From a virus (Duplodnaviria; Caudoviricetes), in IMG/VR virus record IMGVR_UViG_2914923772_000011, positions 1 through 64,000 of that record: a stretch of DNA of 64,000 nt, one strand, 5' to 3'. Within the stretch, counting starts at the first letter, position 1, and every line of letters starts with the position of its first letter. The position numbers and the translations under genes were made by a program. Shown here in pieces: positions 35,781 through 42,941 of the stretch. The notes under the pieces are model-generated. The model saw only the letters and a list, made by a program, of their open reading frames with translations. It had not been told where the DNA came from and did no database searches.

Positions 35781-36534
35781 AAACACCGAGGTTATGGGCT
35801 GGGAGCACGCCATTCGTGGTATGCGAAACCCTAAGAACTCTTGGGAGAAGACAGACTCATATCCTGCTGTTGACTGTGGAAAGTGCGGTAAAATCGAGAG
35901 AGAGGATATTTGCAAAAAAGAGGACCGTAATTGTACGGGTTTTGAATGCTTTGAAGTGGGCCCGAATGACCTGAAGCTTATGACGACCCTTCGCAACGCA
36001 GGCACAGACCATCGTAAGTTCATGCGGATGATTACGGTCTATCTTGACATCACCGCCCCGCTGTATTGGTGGAAGGAGTTCGATACTTACAAGGTTGGTA
36101 CGGTTGCCAATTCCTGTTCCACGATGCATAAGATTGCGGATAAGGAGTTTACGCTGGCGGATTTTAGTTGCGAGCATCTGGATCGCGAACCTTATCATCG
36201 CAACTGGATCGAGAGCGTAATCGTCGATGAAGATATCACTTCGCCACACAAGGTATGGATGACACCATTTGATGTTCTTAGATGCACGATCGAGATGCTA
36301 AACGCATATCGTGAAAACTACCTTGAAACCAAGGATAAACAGGATTGGTGGCAGATGATCCAGCTTCTCCCGAGCTCTTACAACCAGCGCCGGACAGTTA
36401 TGCTAAACTACGAGGTTCTGGCGAACATCTATAAGTCCCGTCGGAACCACAAGCTCGACGAGTGGCATACGTTCTGTGACTGGATTGAGAGCCTGCCTTA
36501 TTCTGAGCTTATTACTGGCGAAAAGAAAGGATGA
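35767..36534 (+). CDS. Divergent ThyX/Thy1-like protein
   Basis: DHRKFMRMITVYLDI...EFDTYKV...SCSTMH...QLLPSS...NYEVL..IY..R...DEW aligns by eye to the ThyX fold, but RHR is replaced. Confidence 0.55.
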   Translation: MLKIENTEVMGWEHAIRGMRNPKNSWEKTDSYPAVDCGKCGKIEREDICKKEDRNCTGFECFEVGPNDLKLMTTLRNAGTDHRKFMRMITVYLDITAPLYWWKEFDTYKVGTVANSCSTMHKIADKEFTLADFSCEHLDREPYHRNWIESVIVDEDITSPHKVWMTPFDVLRCTIEMLNAYRENYLETKDKQDWWQMIQLLPSSYNQRRTVMLNYEVLANIYKSRRNHKLDEWHTFCDWIESLPYSELITGEKKG

Positions 36535-36537
36535 AAG

Positions 36538-36714
36538 ATGATAAAATTCGTAGTCAATCAGCTTCCTTATTACGGAGAGCTGTGTCCTCTATGGACGATG
36601 TGCAGTAAAAATGCAAAGGAACATGAATGCCCGAGATACTGGGATAAATATAAAGTCTGCTTAGATGAAAACCCACATGAATGTGAGCACCTTATTGAGA
36701 CAGGGAAACTCTAA
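36538..36714 (+). CDS. 58-aa Cys-rich protein (not in ORF track)
   Basis: AAAGGA RBS; several Cys. Confidence 0.5.
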   Translation: MIKFVVNQLPYYGELCPLWTMCSKNAKEHECPRYWDKYKVCLDENPHECEHLIETGKL

Positions 36715-36726
36715 TAAATGTTCCTG

Positions 36727-36754
36727 CACGAAAAAAACACCCCCTATTATGAAA
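36727..36754 (+). promoter_or_regulatory. Phage motif copy 9
   Basis: CAC GAAAAAAACA CCCCCTA TTATG AAA. Confidence 0.55.
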
Positions 36755-36768
36755 GGAGGTAACGCACA

Positions 36769-36960
36769 ATGAATTATTTTCTGGCAGTTAATGATCGGCA
36801 ACTTGGAACTTGCTTGAGAATGCTGTTTGCTGAAAAACTTCAACCTGCTGTCCAAACCGTGTTGAACGAAAAGGGCAAGATTGAGTTTCATATTAGCATT
36901 GCAGCAGATCAGGAAGTGTTCGAAGAGCTGAACGAACGCTACAAGATCATGATTTCGTAA
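36769..36960 (+). CDS. Hypothetical protein (63 aa) in a motif-gene-terminator unit
   Basis: GAAAGGAGG RBS. Confidence 0.7.
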   Translation: MNYFLAVNDRQLGTCLRMLFAEKLQPAVQTVLNEKGKIEFHISIAADQEVFEELNERYKIMIS

Positions 36961-36977
36961 GTTACTCGATTTCGAAG

Positions 36978-37005
36978 GTAAAGGGGCCGTAACAAGCCCT
37001 TTTAC
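36978..37005 (+). terminator. Conserved-loop hairpin terminator
   Basis: GTAAAGGGGC-CGTAACAA-GCCCTTTTAC then TTTT. Confidence 0.65.
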
Positions 37006-37047
37006 TTTTGTTATATTTGTGGTAACATACTGTAAGGAGGTCATCAA

Positions 37048-37176
37048 ATGAGAATTATTCGAGACATATTTTGGATATTGTTGATTATTACTGTGCCGGT
37101 AGCAATCTTTGATAAATTCTTTAGACCTTATTGCATGACCGTTATCGAAAGGATGTGTAACAAGGATGAAAGTTAA
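37048..37176 (+). CDS. 42-aa single-TM protein (not in ORF track)
   Basis: MRIIRDIFWILLIITVPVAIF...; AAGGAGG RBS. Confidence 0.55.
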   Translation: MRIIRDIFWILLIITVPVAIFDKFFRPYCMTVIERMCNKDES

Positions 37177-37363
37177 ATCCAGAATGTCCTGTCCGGTTCG
37201 AAGAAAAGACGGCACATGGACAACTGTTATCAAAGAATTTGAAGAAGATATTCCGGATCTCGGACGAGAAGAGCTTATCTGCAACAAATGCGGACGCCCT
37301 GATTATCCGAAATGCAAGGAAACGGTTTGTGAAGCCTGGAAATACCACAAATCAAAAAAATAA
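37166..37363 (+). CDS. Small Cys-rich protein
   Basis: 65 aa; CNKC...C...C. Confidence 0.55.
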   Translation: MKVKSRMSCPVRRKDGTWTTVIKEFEEDIPDLGREELICNKCGRPDYPKCKETVCEAWKYHKSKK

Positions 37364-37373
37364 CATTTTATGT

Positions 37374-37400
37374 AAGAGCTGAGGTTAAACCTTGGCTCTT
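37374..37400 (+). terminator. Hairpin terminator
   Basis: AAGAGCTGAGG-TTAAA-CCTTGGCTCTT then ATTTTTT. Confidence 0.6.
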
Positions 37401-37424
37401 ATTTTTTGTGTAAAGGAGAAAACA

Positions 37425-37625
37425 ATGCTTGCCAGAGAAGCGACAAAAGCGGATATTCAGGCTGTTTGTGACCGCCTTCGGGAAGCTAAGGAACAACGTC
37501 AGCTTGATATTCAAATAAACCAGGCTATTGCACTGGTGAATCGTAATCACAGGAGGAAAAAATATGACGCCGAACGACTATCAGCAGGCAGCTCTTCGCA
37601 CTGCTCCAAAAGATTTACCGCCTGA
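37425..37625 (+). CDS. Hypothetical protein
   Basis: AAAGGAGAAAA RBS; long overlap with next gene lowers confidence in the 3' end. Confidence 0.5.
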   Translation: MLAREATKADIQAVCDRLREAKEQRQLDIQINQAIALVNRNHRRKKYDAERLSAGSSSHCSKRFTA

Positions 37626-37899
37626 CCGGCTTCTGCTCAATGGCTTAATGGGTCTGAACGGAGAAGCCGGCGAAGCAATTGATATTTTGAAAAAGCATCT
37701 GTTTCAGGGGCACGAACTGGACACTGCACATATGGCTAAAGAGCTTGGAGATGTGGCTTGGTATCTCGCTGTAAGTGCAAACGCCATTGGGTATGACCTT
37801 GAAACCATCATGCAGATGAATGTGGATAAACTGAAAGCCAGGTATCCAGACGGTTTCGACGCTGAACACAGTCTGCATCGCGATCAGGATGATATTTAA
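37564..37899 (+). CDS. MazG-like nucleotide pyrophosphohydrolase
   Basis: GLNGEAGE..D..KK...ELGDVAWY...N..KL..RYP. Confidence 0.85.
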   Translation: MTPNDYQQAALRTAPKDLPPDRLLLNGLMGLNGEAGEAIDILKKHLFQGHELDTAHMAKELGDVAWYLAVSANAIGYDLETIMQMNVDKLKARYPDGFDAEHSLHRDQDDI

Positions 37900-37911
37900 G
37901 GAGGGTTTTCT

Positions 37912-39822
37912 ATGAATGAACAATTCGGAGAAAAGGTAAAAGCTATTTTTGATAGCATTACCGTTCTTCAGGCAAAAGATAGCGATTTGAAACGAGATAA
38001 CGCCAACATCAACGGTGACTCCCCTATGGGGGCTATGCTGCAATATGGTGCCAATACTGCCAAGGAGTACAATTTGGAGTATTTAATTAAACCTGCAATT
38101 GCGGAACTCCACCGTGATGGTTGGATTCATATACACGATCTTGACTTCTATGCATGGACGACGACCTGCACGCAGATTGAGCTTCGCAAGCTCTTCAAGA
38201 ATGGATTCAATACCGGTCATGGTCATCTGAGAGCACCAAAAAGCATTGGCTCGTATGCTGCTCTGGCTGCTATTGCCATTCAGTCTAATCAAAATGACCA
38301 GCATGGCGGACAGAGTGTTGTGGACTTCGATTACGCAATGGCCGATGGTGTCCGTTATACCTATCAAAAGTACCTGAAAGAGGGTTACGCGATTTGCGAA
38401 CGCCTCAATGACCTAAAAGACAAAGCATGGATTCTCGACTATGCTATGGAAAAGACTACTCGTGATACTTATCAGGCTATGGAGGGGTTCATTCATAATC
38501 TGAATACCATGCATTCCCGTGCCGGCGCTCAAGTTCCATTCAGCTCTATTAACTATGGCACTGATACTTCTTGGGAAGGGCGTCTTGCTATTGAGCAGCT
38601 TCTACTTGCTACAGAAGCAGGACTCGGTCATGGCGAAACACCTATCTTCCCGATTCAGATTTTCCGTGTCAAAGAGGGAATCAACTATAATCCCGATGAC
38701 CCAAACTATGACCTGTTCAAACTGGCGATGAAGGTCAGTGCAAAGCGTCTGTTTCCTAACTTCGCTTTTATTGACGCACCTTTCAATCTCCAGTATTACA
38801 AGCCCGGTCATCCTGAAACGGAGGTTGCCTACATGGGTTGCCGTACTCGTGTAATGGGTAATGTTTATGACCCGTCTCGTGAGATCGCTCCCGGAAGAGG
38901 TAATCTGAGTTTCACTTCTATCAATCTTCCGAGGCTTGCTATTGTGGTTGATGGCGATATTCCTCAGTTTTTCAAACTGCTTGACGGAATGCTCGACAAA
39001 ACCATGCAGCAGCTTCTCGATCGATATGAGATTCAAGCGTCAAGAGTAGTTAGAAACTTTCCGTTCCTCATGGGAGAAGGCGTATGGATGGACTCTGACA
39101 AGCTTGGGCCGGATGACGAAGTTGGAGAGGTATTGAAACACGGAACCCTCTCTATTGGTTTCTGTGGGCTTGCAGAGTGTCTTGTGGCTTTGACAGGGCA
39201 TCATCATGGTGAAGATGAAGCATCCCAGGAACTCGGCTTACGCATTGTCGGTTATATTCGGAACTATTGTGATGAGAAAAGCAAGCAGTTTGGTATGAAT
39301 GTAACCTGTCTTGCTACTCCTGCTGAAAGCTTAGCCGGACGCTTACTTAGAGCTGACCGAAAAGAATTTGGTATTATTAAGGGAGTTACCGATCGTGACT
39401 ACTACACCAACAGTTTTCATGTTCCGGTCTATTATCATCTCCCGGCTCTTAAGAAGATCGACATTGAAGCTCCATACCATGCTCTTACCAATGCCGGTCA
39501 TATTTCCTATGTAGAACTGGACGGTGATCCGACCAAAAACCTGGCTGCTTTTGAGCGTGTTGTAAGACACATGAAAGAAGCTGGTATTGGTTACGGAAGC
39601 ATCAATCATCCTGTAGACCGAGATCCTGTCTGCGGTTATAACGGAATTATCAATGATACATGCCCCTGCTGCGGACGGAGCGAAGCCGATGGAGTTCCGT
39701 TCGAACGCATTCGTCGTATCACTGGATATTTGGTCGGAACTCTTGATAAGTGGAATGACGCTAAGCGTGCGGAGGAGCGAGATCGTGTCAAGCATGAAGT
39801 TGATTCGAATTTCGGGGATTGA
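37912..39822 (+). CDS. nrdD: Anaerobic (class III) ribonucleoside-triphosphate reductase, no ATP cone
   Basis: IHIHDLD, TTTC, MGCRT, GNLSFTSINLPR, TPAES, YYTNS, glycyl-radical RRITGYL. Confidence 0.93.
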   Translation: MNEQFGEKVKAIFDSITVLQAKDSDLKRDNANINGDSPMGAMLQYGANTAKEYNLEYLIKPAIAELHRDGWIHIHDLDFYAWTTTCTQIELRKLFKNGFNTGHGHLRAPKSIGSYAALAAIAIQSNQNDQHGGQSVVDFDYAMADGVRYTYQKYLKEGYAICERLNDLKDKAWILDYAMEKTTRDTYQAMEGFIHNLNTMHSRAGAQVPFSSINYGTDTSWEGRLAIEQLLLATEAGLGHGETPIFPIQIFRVKEGINYNPDDPNYDLFKLAMKVSAKRLFPNFAFIDAPFNLQYYKPGHPETEVAYMGCRTRVMGNVYDPSREIAPGRGNLSFTSINLPRLAIVVDGDIPQFFKLLDGMLDKTMQQLLDRYEIQASRVVRNFPFLMGEGVWMDSDKLGPDDEVGEVLKHGTLSIGFCGLAECLVALTGHHHGEDEASQELGLRIVGYIRNYCDEKSKQFGMNVTCLATPAESLAGRLLRADRKEFGIIKGVTDRDYYTNSFHVPVYYHLPALKKIDIEAPYHALTNAGHISYVELDGDPTKNLAAFERVVRHMKEAGIGYGSINHPVDRDPVCGYNGIINDTCPCCGRSEADGVPFERIRRITGYLVGTLDKWNDAKRAEERDRVKHEVDSNFGD

Positions 39823-40285
39823 ACCGGAATCCATTGTTGACGGGGAAGGAATCCGGTATGTGATATTCGCACAGGGTTGTCCGCATCATTGCCCCGGCTG
39901 CCACAATCCTCAAACTCACCCGTTCGGTGGGGGAAAACTCGTGTCGATCGAAGATATACTCGATGATATTTCAAAAAGAAAAAATTGGATAGACGGCATC
40001 ACCATTTCCGGAGGCGAGCCGTTCTGTCAGATTTACCAGTGTGCTCTGATCGCTGAAAAAGCTCATCAAATGGGGCTCAGCGTTTGGTGCTACACTGGTT
40101 ATCTTTTTGAAGACTTGTACAAGCAAGGCATCGAGCTTCTTAAACATATTGATGTACTCGTTGACGGCCCGTTCGTACAGGCTGAAAAATCGTTGGAGCT
40201 TGATTTCAGAGGAAGCCGTAACCAGCGAGTAATTGATATCCCGGAAAGCTTGAAAGAAGGCGTAGCAATCTTGAAACAAACTTAG
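39794..40285 (+). CDS. nrdG: Class III RNR activating protein (radical SAM)
   Basis: SIVDGEGIR, CPHHCPGCHN, SGGEPF, VLVDGPF, FRGSRNQR. Confidence 0.93.
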   Translation: MKLIRISGIEPESIVDGEGIRYVIFAQGCPHHCPGCHNPQTHPFGGGKLVSIEDILDDISKRKNWIDGITISGGEPFCQIYQCALIAEKAHQMGLSVWCYTGYLFEDLYKQGIELLKHIDVLVDGPFVQAEKSLELDFRGSRNQRVIDIPESLKEGVAILKQT

Positions 40286-40305
40286 AAGAAAGGAGTACCT
40301 GCATC

Positions 40306-40512
40306 ATGGCGAACACTACTAATCCTCGACGAAATGCCGAAGGATATTCTGACCCGACCGCTTACGAAGCCCTTAAGAACATTGAGCGTGAAGAAGACGA
40401 AAGATTTCATAGGCTGCTGCATACACTGTTTTACTTGTGTGAATTGGCTGACTTCGAGATCGAAGGTCGGATTATTCTGGTTGATAAACGGAACGGACGG
40501 GTTTGGAGATAA
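40306..40512 (+). CDS. Hypothetical phage protein
   Basis: 68 aa, RRNAEGYSDPTAYEAL; GAAAGGAG RBS. Confidence 0.7.
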   Translation: MANTTNPRRNAEGYSDPTAYEALKNIEREEDERFHRLLHTLFYLCELADFEIEGRIILVDKRNGRVWR

Positions 40513-40577
40513 GAGAAATGAGTCCGTATATACTTGAAAATTGTGTGAATTTTAGCCCGGTTTTGTTTGGCGGATTC

Positions 40578-40866
40578 GGGCAAAAGCCCACTTTTGAAAA
40601 ATTTTTGAGCGTGTACGGACAATTTTCTTGAAAAAAGCCCAGAAAAAGTGGGCAAAAGCCCGGTTTTGAAAACCAAAAGTGGGCAGAAAAATTCGGAGGC
40701 ATTTTCTGAAAATGGCACTTTTTAGGCGTTTTTTGCCCCAAAATGGCCGATTTGCGCCGATTTGAAATTTTTTTTGTGAAAAAAAGCCCACTTTCCCACT
40801 TTTATTTCTTATTTAATTGCGATAAAAAGTTTTAATAAATATATAAATAGGGCGAGAAAAGTGGGC
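40578..40866. repeat. Iteron-like repeat cluster with AT-rich core (candidate replication origin)
   Basis: AAAGTGGGC at 40645, 40676, 40858 and its complement GCCCACTTT at 40586, 40786; the last two inverted copies flank an AT-rich stretch. Confidence 0.6.
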
Positions 40867-40950
40867 ATTTGGCCAAAAGCCAAAATACATAGCACAAGTC
40901 GATGGAAATGTCAAGACTTTTTGCCGAAAGTTCTTCCTTTTTCTTTCAAG

Positions 40951-40977
40951 CTGTGCTATACTATAAGAGCCACACAA
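40951..40977 (+). promoter_or_regulatory. Extended -10 sigmaA-type promoter with GCCACACAAT element
   Basis: TGTG-C-TATACT (40951-40961), GCCACACAAT at 40968. Confidence 0.55.
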
Positions 40978-41081
40978 TCTAATATGTTCAAGTCGTTTAG
41001 GGAAAACTGCTTTGGTAAAAAGTGTTTTCTCTCTTTACTCATTTCATTTGTCCCTTTGCGGCTTGATTGAGATTGTGTGGC
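40968..41081 (+). ncRNA. Structured leader or sRNA upstream of lipoprotein gene
   Basis: GCCACACAATCT/AGATTGTGTGGC 12-bp closing stem; inner TCAAGTCG/CGGCTTGA and AGGGAAAAC/GTTTTCTCT stems. Confidence 0.45.
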
Positions 41082-41167
41082 AACAATGAGGGTTGACACT
41101 TTTTCGGTGCGTCTCTCGTTGTGGGGGCGCACTTTTTTAATGCCCTCGGAAAGGATGGGATAATGAG

Positions 41168-41938
41168 ATGAGAAAGTTCTTGGCAGCGTGCATGGCGATT
41201 GTCATGATATTTACGATTGCAGGTTGCAGTTCAGAGGGGCATGAAGGAGAAGCTAAAACTCCATCGGGTTCCAGTATTCAAAAAGGCAAGGATTATCAAA
41301 AAGTAGTTGACGAATTTGAAAGTAGTGGTTTCACAAACATCAAACTTGAAAAACTTGACGACCTTGTTACTGGTTGGCTTACAAAAGACGGTGAGGTTGA
41401 ATCTGTTTCCGTGGATGGCGATACTGGATACTCTGCTGATGCTTGGTATCCGGCTGATGTCGAGGTTATAATCACATATCACACATTCCCGGAAAAAGAA
41501 ACTTCTAAAACAGATAGCGAATCCGTTTCAACCGAAGAGCCTGCCGTTGATATTTTGACAGTAGATAATTCTCCAGAATTGGCAGCAATACTTTCTCTTA
41601 AAGCAGATATGGATCAATCGTATGCCGATTTTGCAGAGGCTCATAAGAACCAGGTTATTGAGTTTAATGGCTGCATTACATATCTTACAAACCACGATAA
41701 CTACGACACTCGATATGATTTGCTAATCAGTGCAGGAGACTATGTGGATGAAAATACTGCAAACCCTGGTCCAACTTTTAAGTTTAAGGATGTTGGGGTA
41801 TATGATTTAGGAGACGGGTTTACGCTTGCTGATTATATCAAAGTCGGCAGCAATGTAAAAATACAGGCTAAAGTGCGGAGCTACAATTCTGATACAGGTC
41901 TCTTTGAACTTGATCCAGTAAGTGTAGAAGCTCGATAA
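41168..41938 (+). CDS. Lipoprotein moron (DUF4839-like)
   Basis: Signal peptide with lipobox IAGC; own promoter and terminator; family label from recall. Confidence 0.75.
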   Translation: MRKFLAACMAIVMIFTIAGCSSEGHEGEAKTPSGSSIQKGKDYQKVVDEFESSGFTNIKLEKLDDLVTGWLTKDGEVESVSVDGDTGYSADAWYPADVEVIITYHTFPEKETSKTDSESVSTEEPAVDILTVDNSPELAAILSLKADMDQSYADFAEAHKNQVIEFNGCITYLTNHDNYDTRYDLLISAGDYVDENTANPGPTFKFKDVGVYDLGDGFTLADYIKVGSNVKIQAKVRSYNSDTGLFELDPVSVEAR

Positions 41939-41955
41939 CAAACAACTTTATATTT

Positions 41956-41984
41956 GACCGAGATGCTTAAACGGTGTCTCGGTC
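41956..41984 (+). terminator. Rho-independent terminator
   Basis: GACCGAGATGC-TTAAACG-GTGTCTCGGTC then T8. Confidence 0.8.
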
Positions 41985-42008
41985 TTTTTTTTATGTCTTT
42001 TTCCGCCG

Positions 42009-42036
42009 CGCGAAAAATACATTCTCTTTTATGAAG
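42009..42036 (+). promoter_or_regulatory. Phage motif copy 10, upstream of the nuclease-RNAP operon
   Basis: CGC GAAAAATACA TTCTCTT TTATG AAG. Confidence 0.6.
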
Positions 42037-42118
42037 AGAGGAGTAAAAAAGCTATTTTTAAGAATAGACATTCTCTTTTCAGTTTTGAAAAACTACATGA
42101 AAGGAGGCTCATTTGCTA

Positions 42119-42409
42119 ATGCTCGAAAGTCAATTTCAAGCGAAGCTCATTAAGGAGCTCAAGAAACTTTTTCCAGGTTGCATCGTGATGAAAAGCGACT
42201 CTGGATATTTGCAAGGCATTCCCGATCTGCTTATTTTGTTCAATGACAAATGGGCTGCTCTGGAATGTAAACAACACGCTGGTGCAAAAAAGCAACCAAA
42301 CCAAGAATATTATGTGGGTAAAATGGATGAGATGTCTTTCTCCAGATTCATTTGTCCCGAGAACAAGGAGGAAGTGCTGCATGATCTTCAACAATCATTC
42401 CAATCTTGA
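42119..42409 (+). CDS. VRR-NUC endonuclease
   Basis: ESQFQ...GIPDLL...ECK...QPNQ. Confidence 0.85.
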   Translation: MLESQFQAKLIKELKKLFPGCIVMKSDSGYLQGIPDLLILFNDKWAALECKQHAGAKKQPNQEYYVGKMDEMSFSRFICPENKEEVLHDLQQSFQS

Positions 42410-42938
42410 AGGGCAACACGCTTTTCTTGGTGCCAGCAAGTATCATTGGATTAACTATGACGAAACAAAAGTAGCTGATGCTTATTCAAAGTTTTTGGCC
42501 ACACAGCGAGGGACCGTTCTACATGACTTTGCATGTCAATGTATCACTTTGGGGCAAAAACTCCCCAAGTCACAGAAAACATTGAACATGTATGTCAATG
42601 ACGCAATTAGTTTTCGTATGGTGCCTGAACAGATTCTGTTCTATTCAGAAAATTGCTTTGGCACCGCCGATACGATTGTATTTCGGAATGGTACGCTTCG
42701 TATTCACGATTTGAAGACCGGTGTCGTTCCGGCGCACATGGAGCAGCTTGAAATATACGCTGCTCTTTTTTGTTTGGAATACAAGGTGAAACCATCGGAA
42801 ATCGAGATGGAACTTCGTCTGTATCAGAACAACGAAATTCTGTATCACACACCTACTGCCGAAGATATTGTTCCAATCATGGACAAGATTATTACTTTTG
42901 ACAAGGTTATTAGAAAAATCAGAGAACAGGAGGGTTAA
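42381..42938 (+). CDS. PD-(D/E)xK Cas4-like exonuclease
   Basis: GTVLH...FGTAD...DLKTG...QLEIY. Confidence 0.75.
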   Translation: MIFNNHSNLEGQHAFLGASKYHWINYDETKVADAYSKFLATQRGTVLHDFACQCITLGQKLPKSQKTLNMYVNDAISFRMVPEQILFYSENCFGTADTIVFRNGTLRIHDLKTGVVPAHMEQLEIYAALFCLEYKVKPSEIEMELRLYQNNEILYHTPTAEDIVPIMDKIITFDKVIRKIREQEG

Positions 42939-42941
42939 ACC

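Noticed and set aside
35267-37899. 2-aminoadenine (Z-genome) pathway suggested by HD and MazG-like genes
   Set aside because: No PurZ/adenylosuccinate-synthetase-like gene in the window, and the HD gene is frameshifted.
16503-42036. SigmaA promoter reading of the repeated motif
   Set aside because: The TTTACA-like and TATGAA-like hexamers are 8 nt apart, not 16-18.
42381-42938. CRISPR-Cas system suggested by the Cas4-like nuclease
   Set aside because: No repeat-spacer array or other cas genes in the window; stand-alone Cas4-like exonucleases are common in phages.
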